DNA from: a virus
Taxonomy: Duplodnaviria; Caudoviricetes
Virus record (IMG/VR): IMGVR_UViG_3300025858_000010
Span: 32,001 to 96,000 of that record
Direction: 5' to 3' (one strand)
Length of the DNA stretch: 64,000 bases
Below, one piece after another: positions 1 to 11,324 of the stretch. Every line of letters starts with the position of its first letter. The stretch's first letter is position 1. The position numbers and the translations under genes are program-made. The notes under the pieces are model-generated. The model was not told where the DNA came from. It searched no databases and worked only from the letters and a program-made list of their open reading frames with translations.

Positions 1-8
1 TCATATTA

Positions 9-992
9 ATGATTGAACTGGAAAAAAAAGGATATAAATGGTTAAGTGAAAAAAATCCAACTGATATAGGTTGGACAAGATATATAGAAATCATTTGGAT
101 AAATAATATTAAAAAAATTTTAACATATTCAAGTTTCATGTTTTATTTTTCAGACTTTAAATTTGAAAAAATAAAATTATTAGAATTTGAAGATGTAGAA
201 ATTGATAAAAATCATAAAATTAAGAAAATAAAAAATCTCGATCTAGATCCATATTGTGAAGAAGATTGGGGATATGTTCAAGAAAATAAAATTAATGAAT
301 TATTTGAAACTAAAAATGTATATGATTTTAAATTAATTAAAAAAAGAGATATGTTTCCTTTTGTTGATTATATATACACTTTCACTTCAAGAGATAATAT
401 TGAATATTACGTAACTCTATCTCATAATAAGGATAATGATTCTATGAGTGTTAAATTCACAGATAAAAAGAATTTTATTGGAATAAGAAATAAAATAAAA
501 GACAAATACGTTAATATGAATAATTTCGACGCTATTAATGTACTAAATACCGTAGTTAAAATATGTAAAGATTTTTATGATGAAAACAGTGATATAATCA
601 AAAAATTCACGACATCAACATTAGACGAAAAAAGATTAAGAGTATATAAATACATACTTAAAAAATATTTCAAAGATTGGGAAGTGGATTCATATATAGA
701 TCCTCGCGGAGATATAGTCATAGAATGCAAGCCAAAAATAAATGAAAAACATGAAGATGTAGATCCGTACGGCGAAGAAGAATGGGATGAACCTTATGAA
801 CCTTATGAATATGGAATAGGAGATGATGTTGTATGTGTGGATACAAGATGTTCGATGGGATTAACTGTCGGTAAAACATATAAAGTATTAGATGTCGATG
901 ATTTGACATATTCATCGACTGTGACAAAAATAATTAATGATGATGGCAAAATTGCAAATTATGTTAAAACAAGATTTAAAAAATTAAATTAA
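9..992 (+). CDS. Modular hypothetical protein with two DPYxEExW tags and a C-terminal SH3/KOW-like module; may start before the window
   Basis: LDLDPYCEEDW and DVDPYGEEEW, KINE sites, YGIGDDVVCVD...LTVGKTYKV module; frame is open to the window edge. Confidence 0.7.
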   Translation: MIELEKKGYKWLSEKNPTDIGWTRYIEIIWINNIKKILTYSSFMFYFSDFKFEKIKLLEFEDVEIDKNHKIKKIKNLDLDPYCEEDWGYVQENKINELFETKNVYDFKLIKKRDMFPFVDYIYTFTSRDNIEYYVTLSHNKDNDSMSVKFTDKKNFIGIRNKIKDKYVNMNNFDAINVLNTVVKICKDFYDENSDIIKKFTTSTLDEKRLRVYKYILKKYFKDWEVDSYIDPRGDIVIECKPKINEKHEDVDPYGEEEWDEPYEPYEYGIGDDVVCVDTRCSMGLTVGKTYKVLDVDDLTYSSTVTKIINDDGKIANYVKTRFKKLN

Positions 993-997
993 AAAAA

Positions 998-1309
998 ATG
1001 GACGGATGCTTAAACGGTGGATTTCAAGTGAAAAAAATTGATCCATCAAATGAATTAATGGTAATGAACGATTTTAATAGTAATGTTAATTTGGTTATTG
1101 ATGGTGAAATCCTGACACAAGAACAAATTTTAAATAAATATTATTATTCAAATGAAGCTTTTCAAACAATGAAAAACAATGAATTTACTGTAAATAAAGC
1201 TAAACCATTTAAAAAAGAAATAGAAATACCGGATGAACCAAAACCCTTAGAACCAGGTCAAGTTGATCCTGTTGCTTTTTTTGGCAATTCTATGAAAGGA
1301 TTGTTCTAA
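998..1309 (+). CDS. Hypothetical protein
   Basis: 103-aa ORF, ATG 5 nt after the preceding stop, same strand. Confidence 0.65.
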   Translation: MDGCLNGGFQVKKIDPSNELMVMNDFNSNVNLVIDGEILTQEQILNKYYYSNEAFQTMKNNEFTVNKAKPFKKEIEIPDEPKPLEPGQVDPVAFFGNSMKGLF

Positions 1310-1526
1310 AAATTTCTAACTGATCAATATTTATATTTTGTATCATATGATTTGCTACGAACTGATACATTATCATTACCAAAATCAATTGTTTTCGCCC
1401 ATGTTCTTGATTATTTTCTGTTGAACTCCAACATAAATCGGTATCAAAATTACCAATAATATCTTTTTGTAAATACATTAGATTCAATTCATCTACGCAA
1501 GAATAATTTGATTCCTTTACAATGGA
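1306..1526 (-). pseudogene. Remnant of a DUF1566/Lcl-like C-terminal domain
   Basis: DELNLMYLQKDIIGNF..CWSSTE, then frameshifted IDFGND..K..SVRNF*; parallels 40822..41292; no 5' half. Confidence 0.5.
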
Positions 1527-3688
1527 TTACCAAGACCCTCCTGCTCCGCCTCCACCACAAGTACCGCCGCCGAATCCGAATCCGCCGCCACCTCCGCCGA
1601 ATCCTCCTATTCCGCCTCCGAATCCGCCGCCGTATCCACTTCCAGAATGACTATTTTCTTCTCTCCTTCTTCTAGCTCTGCGTTCTTCCTCTTCTTTTCT
1701 TCTACGTTCATCTTCTTCGTTATTTTCACATCTTCTCACGATTTCTTCTAATAAATTTATCAATTCGTTTAATTTTGCGCTTATTTTTAAAACATCATCT
1801 GTTCCATTTTTGAAATCTTCATATTCTCTTATGCCATCATCAGCTAAATTTAAATCTCCTCTATTAAGATATCCGCCACTTTTATATCTTTGAATTTTAA
1901 GATATAAATCTTTATAAGTTTCTTCATTTTGATTAATATATTTTTTAGCTTGAATTATATCATTATATTTTTTAATTGGTTCGTGTATAGAACCTGATAG
2001 GGCTACCTTTTTTTCACCATATTCTTCTAATAAATTTATAGCCATTGGAAGATCATTCATAAAAATAGCTCCCATTTGATCAATATAAATTTTAAGATTA
2101 TTTATGTCATCTTCTGTAGCGTTTAGCTCGGTTTTGTATCCGAGTTCTTCTACTTTCTGATAATAAGATTTTGATTTTTTTAGATCGTTAACGAGATCCT
2201 GTTTTGCATCTTCAAATTCTTTAATTTGAAAATTAATCGTTTCTAGTCTATTTGCATATGTTTCATATTCTTTATAATGTTCTAAAACTCTGTTCATTAA
2301 ATTTTTATATCTTCTTACTGATTCATCGCTAACATCGACTTTATTAAAAGTTATTTGACTCAAAGTATCTAGAATATTTTTCGCAACATCTTGCATTTGT
2401 GTTGGTTTATTTTCATAATTATTTAGAATTCTTCCTATGTTTTCACATTTATTTTTAATTGATATTATATCTTTTTCTGCTTTTTTAATTCTGTTGAGAC
2501 TTTCTATAATTTCTAAGATGTCATTTTCGACAATATCAAGAGTTTTTTCTTTTCCTATTCTTTTGGTTTTTAATTTATCAACAGATTCTTTTAACATCGC
2601 AAGAACTTTATCATCATCGAATATTTCATCAGGACCCATCCCTCGAGATATTTCAATATCCAATCTATTTAGAACATTCTTAACTTTATCGATTCTTTCT
2701 CTCAATTTTCTTCTTTTTTTAATACTCGAATATATTAACCAAGAAATTAAACCCATTGCTAATGTCAGTAATGAAAATTGACCCAGGCCAATAAAAAATT
2801 CTTTAGTTTTTTCTTTTTCTATTTTATCGTATTTGGCATCTAAATCTTTTTTCATTTGAATTGGAATAGAACCAAATTCTTTTTTCATTCTTTCAACAAG
2901 TTCAATAAATCCTTTATCGTAATCTCCTTCTTTAAAATTTGAAGATAAACAATTTTCACCAAATCTTTTACATAAAGCATCAGGTAATAATCCTTCCATA
3001 CCATAACCCGGTTTTATAAACCATTTTCTGTCTCCCATCGAAGCCAAAATCAAAATACCATTATCGTTTCCTTTTTTACCCACTCCCCATTTATTAAACA
3101 TTGTTCTTGCATATTCCTCTGGACTGTTAAAATTGCAATTTCAACTCCAGTCAATCTCTCGTATGAAAATAATACACCATTTAATGAATCTTCAATGCTT
3201 TTTTTCATGAAATCTCCATAATCACTTATTAGTGCAATTCCATTACCATATTTAGCTGGTTGTATTTTATAAATGTCGGTACCTACTTCAGACGTCATAG
3301 AAGGACTAAACGTCCATTTATAATAAGTATCATCATCTTCACTATAACTATCACAGTTTAAATATGTAATTACTTGACCTATACTTAAATTATATCCATT
3401 TTTTTTATTAAAATCTATCAATAAATCTTTTATATCATCTTCATCTCTATTACTAACTGTTTTTTCTCTAGTTAAAATACCGGCAAATTTACCAAGTTCA
3501 ATTGAATTTTTAGGAAGACTTTTCACCCATTCTATTTTTGTTTGAGTGTCAGATGCTTGTATTTTAGGTGATACTATTCCCATATTGAGAAGTAACATAA
3601 ACGTTGCAAGCCAATTTTTCCAACTGACTTCTTCGTTTAACTTATCATTATTAATATAATGAGCGTAAGAAAGTATATATTCTCCCAT
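1527..3688 (-). pseudogene. TPM-domain (YgcG-like) membrane protein broken by a small deletion/frameshift near 3120 (ORFs 3050..3688 and 1527..3101)
   Basis: GVEIAILTV in one frame continues as EEYARTMFNKWGVGKKGNDNGILIL...GYGMEGLLPD in another; TM helix, coiled coil, Gly-rich GGGGAGGSW tail typical of the family. Confidence 0.75.
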
Positions 3689-3705
3689 TTTAATTCATTT
3701 ATTTT

Positions 3706-4281
3706 TTAATCTGTCCATTCTTCTTCACCGTAAGGATCAACGTTTTTATGTTTTTCTCTTTCTTTTAATTCCAATTCTCTATTTTTAAATGATATTACGT
3801 TTCCATTTTCCACACAATAAAAAACATCATCGTTTTCACTATATTTACTATTATAAAGGTTTTTATGAATCTCGTTTAAATAAAATACTGAATCCATCAA
3901 TGATTGCAGAATATCTTTGAATGATTTCTGATCAGTTAATTCTCTATGCACCAAAAAATCAGACAAAAATTCAAACTCATCATCAAAATCAAAATCCTCT
4001 ATATAAACTTTATATTTTGATAATCTGTAAAAATATTTGCACGCATCAAGAAAGAAAGATATTGATTTATCGTAATAATAATGATGTCTATCTTCAATTA
4101 AATTGGCCTTAAATAATCTCCTGTAAAGAAGAACGTTTTTTTTCAATTCTAAATATTTATCTATGGTTTTTTTAATTTCTCTATCTTTTAATACAGGATT
4201 ATTAATTTCTTTTTGAACCTGCGTTTTTTTATTGATTTTAAACCAATTTAAGTTTTCATTAAATGATAATAAATGTTTCAT
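3706..4281 (-). CDS. Putative virion-internal protein (capsid-targeting-like N-terminus, C-terminal DPYGEEEW tag)
   Basis: MKHLLSFNE start; ends KHKNVDPYGEEEWTD*. Confidence 0.7.
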   Translation of the reverse strand: MKHLLSFNENLNWFKINKKTQVQKEINNPVLKDREIKKTIDKYLELKKNVLLYRRLFKANLIEDRHHYYYDKSISFFLDACKYFYRLSKYKVYIEDFDFDDEFEFLSDFLVHRELTDQKSFKDILQSLMDSVFYLNEIHKNLYNSKYSENDDVFYCVENGNVISFKNRELELKEREKHKNVDPYGEEEWTD

Positions 4282-4296
4282 TTTGAATTTATTTTT

Positions 4297-4389
4297 TTAA
4301 ATTTTCTTTTCTTAATTTTATTTGGTTCATCTAATATTTCGATCGATTAAATCGTGTTTACCTTCAAAAGTATTAAATTTTCTTATCAT
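4297..4389 (-). pseudogene. Internally deleted gene remnant
   Basis: MIRKFNTFEGKHDLID fused out of frame to EILDEPNKIKKKKI*. Confidence 0.5.
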
Positions 4390-4398
4390 ATATTATTA

Positions 4399-4806
4399 TT
4401 AATTTTCATACATATTTATATCTTCTATATTAACACTTAAAATATCACACATGTTTTGTAACGTATCATATTTCACTATTCCAAAGTTTTCAATATATCC
4501 GACTAGTTCTTTACCTTTCAAAATATTATCTACGTTTTGTACTGGATATGGATCATTAACGTATCCTATTATATCAAAATCGAAATAAAAAATATTTTCT
4601 TTTTTCGTAGCTACCACATAATAATAATCTTTCCAATTCCCTTGTCTATCATTTATTATTCTTTCCTTTTTCTTTGCTAAAAAATGACTATCTTGACCAA
4701 TCACATAAATAACATACAAATTATTATTATCTTCCCAATCCTCTTCATCATATGGATCTAAATCATTTTTAATTTCAAATATTTTAAATTTCGTAATAAT
4801 TTCCAT
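4399..4806 (-). CDS. Putative virion-internal protein with N-terminal DPYDEEDW tag
   Basis: MEIITKFKIFE-IKNDLDPYDEEDW; TTAATATATA motif just upstream. Confidence 0.7.
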   Translation of the reverse strand: MEIITKFKIFEIKNDLDPYDEEDWEDNNNLYVIYVIGQDSHFLAKKKERIINDRQGNWKDYYYVVATKKENIFYFDFDIIGYVNDPYPVQNVDNILKGKELVGYIENFGIVKYDTLQNMCDILSVNIEDINMYEN

Positions 4807-4937
4807 TTTTCTTATATATTAAAAAAATAAAACAAAAAATATATTTTTGTATATATGACATATTGACACGTTAGAAAATATCATATATACCGGCATAATT
4901 TTTGAATGATACAAGAAAAATAAAAAAATAAAATTAT

Positions 4938-6818
4938 ATGAATATGAAAAGTAATAAAACTATTGGGATTGATTTAGGAACAGTGAACTCGGCTGTTGCT
5001 GTTATGGAAAATGGAGTGCCTGTTATTATTGTAAATAGTGAGGGAGAAAGAACAACACCCAGTACTGTGGGTTTTACAGATAATGATAGGAAAGTCGGTA
5101 ATCCGGCTAAAAGACAGGCTGTTATGAACAGTGAAAGGACTGTTCATTCTATTAAAAGACTTATCGGTGAAAAATTTAAAAATTTAACAAACGAAATAAA
5201 TAGATATAGTTATAAGATAGTAGAAAAACATGAAACTCCTTTTGTTAAAATTGATAACAAAGAATATTCCCCGCAAGAAATATCAGCAATTATTCTTCAA
5301 AAAATGAAGAAAACTGCTGAAGATTATCTCGGTCAAGAAGTAGAAAAAGCGGTAATTACAGTACCTGCTTGGTTTAATAATGATCAAAGACAAGCAACTA
5401 AAGAAGCAGGTGAAATTGCGGGGCTTAAAGTTGAACGTATTATAAACGAACCAACAGCTGCGGCTCTAGCCTACGGACTTGATAAATTGAAAAAAGATAT
5501 GAAAGTCGTTGTGTTCGATTTTGGAGGAGGAACATTTGATGTTTCTATTCTAGATTCTGGTGATGGTGTATTTGAAGTAAAATCTACTTGTGGTGACGTA
5601 CATCTAGGTGGTAATGATATCGATGATGTAATCATAGATTGGTTGGCTAAAGAATTTAAGAATGATAATGGTATGGATTTGAAAAAAGATCCAATGGCAT
5701 ATCAAAGATTGAAAGATGCCGCTGAAAAGGCCAAAATTGAATTATCTTCAAACACAGAAACAGAAATAAATCTTCCGTATATAACATCTGTAGATGGTGT
5801 GCCTAAGCATTTGATATATAAATTGAATAGGGCCAAATACGAACAAATTGCTGATTCTGTTTTTAAAAGACTTATTCCCATTTCTGAAAAAGCCATAAAT
5901 GACTCCGGAATTAGTAAATCGCAAATAGATGAAGTTATTCTAGTTGGTGGCTCAACTCGTATTCCAGCTGTAAGAGAAATTGTTAAAAAAATATTTGGTA
6001 AAGAACCAAATAATTCGGTTAATCCTGACGAAGCGGTATCTTGTGGTGCAGCTATAATGGGATCGATTTTATCTGGAGAAATCGACGATATTCTTTTACT
6101 TGATGTAACACCATTATCTTTGGGTATTGAAACCATGGGTGGTGTGATGACAAAACTGGTAGAAGCCAATACTACAATTCCAACTAGCAAATCTCAAATA
6201 TTCTCCACAGCATCAGATAATCAACCAGGAGTAGAAATTCACGTATTACAAGGTGAAAGACCTATGGCCAAGGATAATAAAACGTTGGGTAGATTCCACC
6301 TTGAAAATTTACCGCCAGCTCCAAGAGGAATTCCACAAATTGAAGTTTCTTTTAATATCGATGCAAATGGAATTATGGACGTTAAAGCTGTTGACAAGGC
6401 AACTGGAAAGCAACAAACAATCAGAATCGAAAATTCATCTTCAATTCCAAAGGAAGAAATAGAAAGGATGAAAGATGAAGCAAAAGAAAATGAAGAAACA
6501 GATAAAAAAGAAAAAGAAAAAATAGATAAGTTAAATCAAGCTGATGCCATGATTTTTCAGACAGAAAAACAAATTAAGGAATTATCTGAAAAATTAACAG
6601 AAGAAGATAAAAAAGATTTAAATGATATTGTAGAAAAACTAAAGGATTCTCATAAGAGTCAAAATGTAACAGATGTAGATAAATATCTATCGGAATTAAA
6701 TGAAAAATGGAATTTAATTTCAACTAGATTATATCAAGAAACATCATCTGAACAACAAGGACCAAAAGCAAAAGACGCAGATCCGGTCGAAGATGTTGAA
6801 TTTTCAGAAGTTAAATAA
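4938..6818 (+). CDS. dnaK: Hsp70 chaperone DnaK
   Basis: [57 protein letters not shown] motifs. Confidence 0.97.
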   Translation: MNMKSNKTIGIDLGTVNSAVAVMENGVPVIIVNSEGERTTPSTVGFTDNDRKVGNPAKRQAVMNSERTVHSIKRLIGEKFKNLTNEINRYSYKIVEKHETPFVKIDNKEYSPQEISAIILQKMKKTAEDYLGQEVEKAVITVPAWFNNDQRQATKEAGEIAGLKVERIINEPTAAALAYGLDKLKKDMKVVVFDFGGGTFDVSILDSGDGVFEVKSTCGDVHLGGNDIDDVIIDWLAKEFKNDNGMDLKKDPMAYQRLKDAAEKAKIELSSNTETEINLPYITSVDGVPKHLIYKLNRAKYEQIADSVFKRLIPISEKAINDSGISKSQIDEVILVGGSTRIPAVREIVKKIFGKEPNNSVNPDEAVSCGAAIMGSILSGEIDDILLLDVTPLSLGIETMGGVMTKLVEANTTIPTSKSQIFSTASDNQPGVEIHVLQGERPMAKDNKTLGRFHLENLPPAPRGIPQIEVSFNIDANGIMDVKAVDKATGKQQTIRIENSSSIPKEEIERMKDEAKENEETDKKEKEKIDKLNQADAMIFQTEKQIKELSEKLTEEDKKDLNDIVEKLKDSHKSQNVTDVDKYLSELNEKWNLISTRLYQETSSEQQGPKAKDADPVEDVEFSEVK

Positions 6819-6849
6819 AAAAAAAGCCATCGATAGATGGCTTTTTTTA
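6819..6849. terminator. Intrinsic terminator after dnaK (possibly bidirectional)
   Basis: A-tract-GCCATC-GATA-GATGGC-T-tract. Confidence 0.8.
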
Positions 6850-6907
6850 TTTAATTTTTTTTAATTAGATTATTTTTTATTATATTTACAAAAAATATAA
6901 TTATTGA

Positions 6908-7087
6908 ATGATAAGACAAAGATTTGATTTAATTTGTTCACAGACAGGTGAGGTCTTTTCTATAAATGATATTCAATTTTATAATTTATATGAAAACGAT
7001 CTAATTTATCTGAATTATGAAAAAGAATATTGGTACTTTAATGAAGAAGACATCAATAAAGTGAATAGAATTATTAAATGTTTATAA
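6908..7087 (+). CDS. Small hypothetical protein (59 aa, below the ORF-track cutoff)
   Basis: ATG..TAA open frame MIRQRFDLICSQTGEVF... filling the gap between terminator and next gene. Confidence 0.55.
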   Translation: MIRQRFDLICSQTGEVFSINDIQFYNLYENDLIYLNYEKEYWYFNEEDINKVNRIIKCL

Positions 7088-7100
7088 AAAAAATAGAAAT

Positions 7101-7889
7101 ATGATTATTCTAAAAACTATTATAGTTTCGGATATTCATCTGGGAAATCCATATTCCAATTGGAAATTATTAGATGAATTTTTAAAAAACAATAAATGTG
7201 AAAATTTGTTCTTGAATGGTGATATTATAGATGAACATTATTTAATACAAAATAATAAACAATTAAATAAAGAAGAATTGGAATTTTTATATAAAATAAC
7301 TAATTCGAAAAATTCAAAATATATAATTGGCAACCATGAAGTATTTAATCATATAATACATAGTGATGGTGAGTTTTGGGATAAATATAATGTGAAAGTT
7401 TATGATTATTTTCTCTATCATCCTGGTGTACCATATTCTTGGTCAAGATATTATATTTCACACGGACATAAAACAATATTTAGAAATCCAATAACATCAA
7501 ATCAACGAATACTAAATTTAATAGATTGTTTCATTAGATTTGTTGCAAAAATACAAAAAATCCATAAGGGAATTATTTTCCAAAAAGGAAAACTTGATGT
7601 AACAGAAGGAGTAGAATTTGAAATATTATCTAATGATTCTAGGAAATTTTTCAAAACAGCTTTAAAAATTGTAAGCGGATTTAAAAAGAAAGCGAAAGAA
7701 TATCATATGGCTTATCACGCTGATGGAATTATTTGCGGACACATACATCATCCAGAGATCAAATATTTTAAATCAAAATATATATTCACTGGAAAATTTC
7801 CGTATTTAAATAGTGGAGATTGGTTAGAAAATAACAGCGTATTGGTTCAAGATATTGAAGGAAATTGGGAAATAATAAAAATGAATTAA
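7101..7889 (+). CDS. Calcineurin-like metallophosphoesterase, LpxH-like
   Basis: SDIHLG, NGDIID, GNHE, SHGH, CGHIHHP, YLNSGDW. Confidence 0.85.
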   Translation: MIILKTIIVSDIHLGNPYSNWKLLDEFLKNNKCENLFLNGDIIDEHYLIQNNKQLNKEELEFLYKITNSKNSKYIIGNHEVFNHIIHSDGEFWDKYNVKVYDYFLYHPGVPYSWSRYYISHGHKTIFRNPITSNQRILNLIDCFIRFVAKIQKIHKGIIFQKGKLDVTEGVEFEILSNDSRKFFKTALKIVSGFKKKAKEYHMAYHADGIICGHIHHPEIKYFKSKYIFTGKFPYLNSGDWLENNSVLVQDIEGNWEIIKMN

Positions 7890-7914
7890 TTTTCTTTCTT
7901 ACTTATGCTTTCCA

Positions 7915-8289
7915 TTAGTTTGGTAGTTGATTTATTATGCTACACTCATAGAGATATAATTTCTTATTAAAAAGAAATTTAACCATATCGTGATTAATGA
8001 TTTTAACGTCATTAAAATTGTTATAAATATCATATATAGTTTTATCACCATCAATAATATTTAAAAAATAATAATCAGGAACAATTTCATCCTTAATCAA
8101 ATTATATGTACAATTAGATAGAAAATTTTTCAATTTCATATATTTATTTTTAATATTATCATCATCAACTAAAAATTTATCAATATGATTTAAAATATCA
8201 TCAATAGAAAATTCATTTTTAGTCTCTTTTTTAGTAGATCTACCCCACCCACTAAAAAAATTTTCATTAAATTTTTTGATGTGTTTCAT
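7915..8289 (-). CDS. Putative virion-internal hypothetical protein
   Basis: MKHIKKFNE N-terminus. Confidence 0.6.
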   Translation of the reverse strand: MKHIKKFNENFFSGWGRSTKKETKNEFSIDDILNHIDKFLVDDDNIKNKYMKLKNFLSNCTYNLIKDEIVPDYYFLNIIDGDKTIYDIYNNFNDVKIINHDMVKFLFNKKLYLYECSIINQLPN

Positions 8290-8332
8290 ATATTTATTTT
8301 TTTATTATATATATAAATATTTCAAAAACGAA

Positions 8333-8701
8333 TTAATTATCTTTCTTACTTATTTCCAATAGTCTATTATAAACAATTTCACCATATTTACTGGCTGTTT
8401 TCATACTTTCCATCGTAACTATTCCCATTTTACTTAAATATATCTTACCTATTGGCGTTTTATAGAATTCTATTATTTCCAAGATTTCTTCGTTAGTAAA
8501 GTATTTATCATAGATAATAATGGTTTCTTTTTGAATATCTTCAACGATATCTTTTATATCATCTGGTTTAATTTTATCAGAATTGAAATTCGGAATTAAA
8601 TGTTTTATTGAATCTATAATTGATATAGCAATATTTTCATTAGATTTAGTTCCTCCATTTATTTCTAATAAATTTTTAATATTTTGCATCTTTTCGTTCA
8701 T
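8333..8701 (-). CDS. DUF2059-like protein
   Basis: IYDKYFTNEEILEIIEFYKTPIGK motif. Confidence 0.75.
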   Translation of the reverse strand: MNEKMQNIKNLLEINGGTKSNENIAISIIDSIKHLIPNFNSDKIKPDDIKDIVEDIQKETIIIYDKYFTNEEILEIIEFYKTPIGKIYLSKMGIVTMESMKTASKYGEIVYNRLLEISKKDN

Positions 8702-9243
8702 GTTAAAAATTTATTTTTATACAAATCATATATAGCTTTTTTTCCATTTTCATTTATTTCTCTTGTACCTATTCCTGCAAATTTTTCAGTTAAAATTGGA
8801 ATATAATCTATTTTTATAAACTTATAAAAAACATATGAAAATGTGTACCACAAATTTTCATTTTGTTCAAAAACAAATACATCTTTTTTATTGTCAATTC
8901 CCATCATGCAACACCAACCCGTTCCACCTTTAACTCTTTTCATATCATCCTCTAATACACCTACAGCAAATATTGCATCTGATTCGTTTACTTGATACCA
9001 ATTCCTAGATAATAGATTTTTAACATATTTACTCAATTTACCTATATATCTTTTAAGATTCTTATTGGCCATTTTAACGTGTTCAAATCCTTCTTCTAAT
9101 TCATCATCTGTTAATATTTTTGTATGATTGGATTTTGTTTTATGTCCATTGAAAGAATATGCAATAATATCAACATCATATTTTTCACAAAATGATTCGA
9201 ATAACATATCAGTTCCTTCAGCTCCTCCAGATCTACAAATCAT
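8698..9243 (-). CDS. SLOG-superfamily-like nucleotide-binding protein
   Basis: SGGAEGTD N-terminal loop, RNWYQV..SDAIFA, GGTGW, FAGIGTR. Confidence 0.6.
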   Translation of the reverse strand: MICRSGGAEGTDMLFESFCEKYDVDIIAYSFNGHKTKSNHTKILTDDELEEGFEHVKMANKNLKRYIGKLSKYVKNLLSRNWYQVNESDAIFAVGVLEDDMKRVKGGTGWCCMMGIDNKKDVFVFEQNENLWYTFSYVFYKFIKIDYIPILTEKFAGIGTREINENGKKAIYDLYKNKFLT

Positions 9244-9249
9244 ATTTAA

Positions 9250-9774
9250 TTATTTTTTTGTGCTACCAAAACCTCCTCTATTATCAGATTTTAAATCATC
9301 AACTTCAATAAATTGAATTTTATTATCAAAAATCCATTTAATTTTAACCCACCAAGGTGCAAACATTGTTGGTCTAATTTCGAATTGACAAATTCTATCT
9401 CCTTCCATAACTCTATATTCACCTTGATAAATTCTTTCTCCATCCACAATTCTATATTCGTTATGATGTTCTTTTAATGCAATTGCGCTAAATTTCCAAA
9501 TATCATCATTTCCGCTATATCCATTTGATGTCTTATCAGGACCATCTATTATACCTGTATGATTTGCTTGTATTATTCCAAATTTCATATAAGTTGAACT
9601 TCTAGGTACAACATTGGCTTGAAAATATTTTGGCAATTTCATAGATACTCCGAGTGAAATTAATTTATGATCAGAAACGTTCATTTCAACATTTTCAGCA
9701 GATTTTAAATCGATCCAATTTCCAAAGGATTCTATTTTACAATTTTTATTATGGTACTTAATTTTTATTTTCAT
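9250..9774 (-). CDS. dut: dUTPase
   Basis: IDLKS, PRSS, GIID..Y.G, GDRICQ, RGGFGST. Confidence 0.92.
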   Translation of the reverse strand: MKIKIKYHNKNCKIESFGNWIDLKSAENVEMNVSDHKLISLGVSMKLPKYFQANVVPRSSTYMKFGIIQANHTGIIDGPDKTSNGYSGNDDIWKFSAIALKEHHNEYRIVDGERIYQGEYRVMEGDRICQFEIRPTMFAPWWVKIKWIFDNKIQFIEVDDLKSDNRGGFGSTKK

Positions 9775-9828
9775 AATTTGTTTTATTTTTCATTTATTTT
9801 ATTGGTCATTAATTCAAAAGTTTAATAA

Positions 9829-9862
9829 AATAAAAGAGGAACTAATCAGCCCCTCTTTTATT
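9829..9862. terminator. Probable terminator hairpin
   Basis: AATAAAAGAGG...CCTCTTTTATT inverted repeat between genes. Confidence 0.55.
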
Positions 9863-9881
9863 AAAGTAATTCAATTTTGAA

Positions 9882-10772
9882 TTACTTTATCACATTGCCA
9901 GTTTCTTCATTTACAACAGAAATATCATCTAATGGTTTATTAGATACATCATTTATTGGTTCTACTACTCTACCTACTAATTCTCCTTCTGTAGAAAGAG
10001 CTCCACCCCACAATTGAAAATCGGAACTAATTCTTTCAATAAGAACATTATAAGCATTATAAAGTTTTATTCTTTCACCGATTTTAGTTAAAATTTGTAA
10101 GAAATTATAATGTTCCTGCGTAATTCCTTTTACTTTATATTTAGATATAAGATGATAAAAAACTATAAGATCTTTTACATTTATATATGTCAAAAAAGTA
10201 CCATCATCTTGTTTATTGAAATCTTTATCGAGATAATTTTCTTTAAGATCTTTAAGTTGGAATACTTCATTTTGATCATATTCTAATTTGTCTCTAAATA
10301 CTTTGAAAATAAATTTTACTTCTTCAGCTGTTAGAGGAAAACTAAAAGTTAAAAGACCTAATTTTTTTTGATAAACATTAAATAAATATTGAGCAATATC
10401 ATAAATTTTATCTTTTTGATCTTCTGTCATATTTCTAACTTCATCTATATTTGGATCATATCTTTTTATCATATTAATAAGATTTTCTTCTTCTTTATTA
10501 AAAGAATCAACAAAATCAGAATTTAAAAAATTTTTAGCATCCTTTTCTATGATATTTTTAGCTTCTTGTAGTTTGACATATTGTTTATGTTCATCTGTTT
10601 CTTCTTTTTGTTTTAAACTAATAATAAGTTCATGACTTTTTTCTATGTCAAATTCTTTATCACTGGCGAAATCAAAACTATCTATTTCGTCAGTTGAAGA
10701 TACTACATTGTAATCGACTTTCTTTTCTATTTCATCATCAATAATAAATTTGTTCAATTCTTCTTTTTCCAT
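9882..10772 (-). CDS. Hypothetical protein
   Basis: 296-aa ORF with AAAC-N18-TATAA motif upstream. Confidence 0.7.
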   Translation of the reverse strand: MEKEELNKFIIDDEIEKKVDYNVVSSTDEIDSFDFASDKEFDIEKSHELIISLKQKEETDEHKQYVKLQEAKNIIEKDAKNFLNSDFVDSFNKEEENLINMIKRYDPNIDEVRNMTEDQKDKIYDIAQYLFNVYQKKLGLLTFSFPLTAEEVKFIFKVFRDKLEYDQNEVFQLKDLKENYLDKDFNKQDDGTFLTYINVKDLIVFYHLISKYKVKGITQEHYNFLQILTKIGERIKLYNAYNVLIERISSDFQLWGGALSTEGELVGRVVEPINDVSNKPLDDISVVNEETGNVIK

Positions 10773-10852
10773 TGTATTTTTATTTATTTTTGGTTTTATA
10801 TATTACACGTTCGCAAAAGTTTAATAAAAAGGGGATCAAATTTTTTATTTAA

Positions 10853-11227
10853 TTATTCACTACTTCCATTGAATAACATATTATAACTTTCACTGAAAGA
10901 GGCTTGTAATTTATCGCATCTTGAATCAATCTTTGAATTGAGATTTGTTATTTGAGTATCTATATTGCCATATATTTCTACATGTTTATGATCCATAGAT
11001 TTGTTTAATTCAATTATCTTATTATATAATGCTTTGTCTTCTTTATATATCCTATCGTTTATATCATTAACTGAATCCTTTATCCATTTTTCATGATATT
11101 GAATAGTTTCACTTGTATTTTTTTTGAATTTCATTAACTTAAATGACGTTATACCTAACCACGTGAGAAACGCAACTAGACACACCCCAAAAATGGTCGA
11201 CAAAATTGTTATTATAATTATATTCAT
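10853..11227 (-). CDS. Membrane-anchored coiled-coil hypothetical protein
   Basis: ATG at 11227 precedes a hydrophobic TM segment, then coiled coil. Confidence 0.6.
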   Translation of the reverse strand: MNIIIITILSTIFGVCLVAFLTWLGITSFKLMKFKKNTSETIQYHEKWIKDSVNDINDRIYKEDKALYNKIIELNKSMDHKHVEIYGNIDTQITNLNSKIDSRCDKLQASFSESYNMLFNGSSE

Positions 11228-11324
11228 GTTTATTTTATTTATTTTTGTTTGACCCCTTTTTAATATATTCAATGTCGGGACTTTCGACCATTCGTAAAGT
11301 CCCCTGTGTCAGTTCAGAAATATG

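Noticed and set aside
1306-1526. DGR template repeat for the DUF1566 gene at 40822..41292
   Set aside because: Differences are not confined to adenines and no reverse transcriptase is in the window; better explained as a decayed paralog
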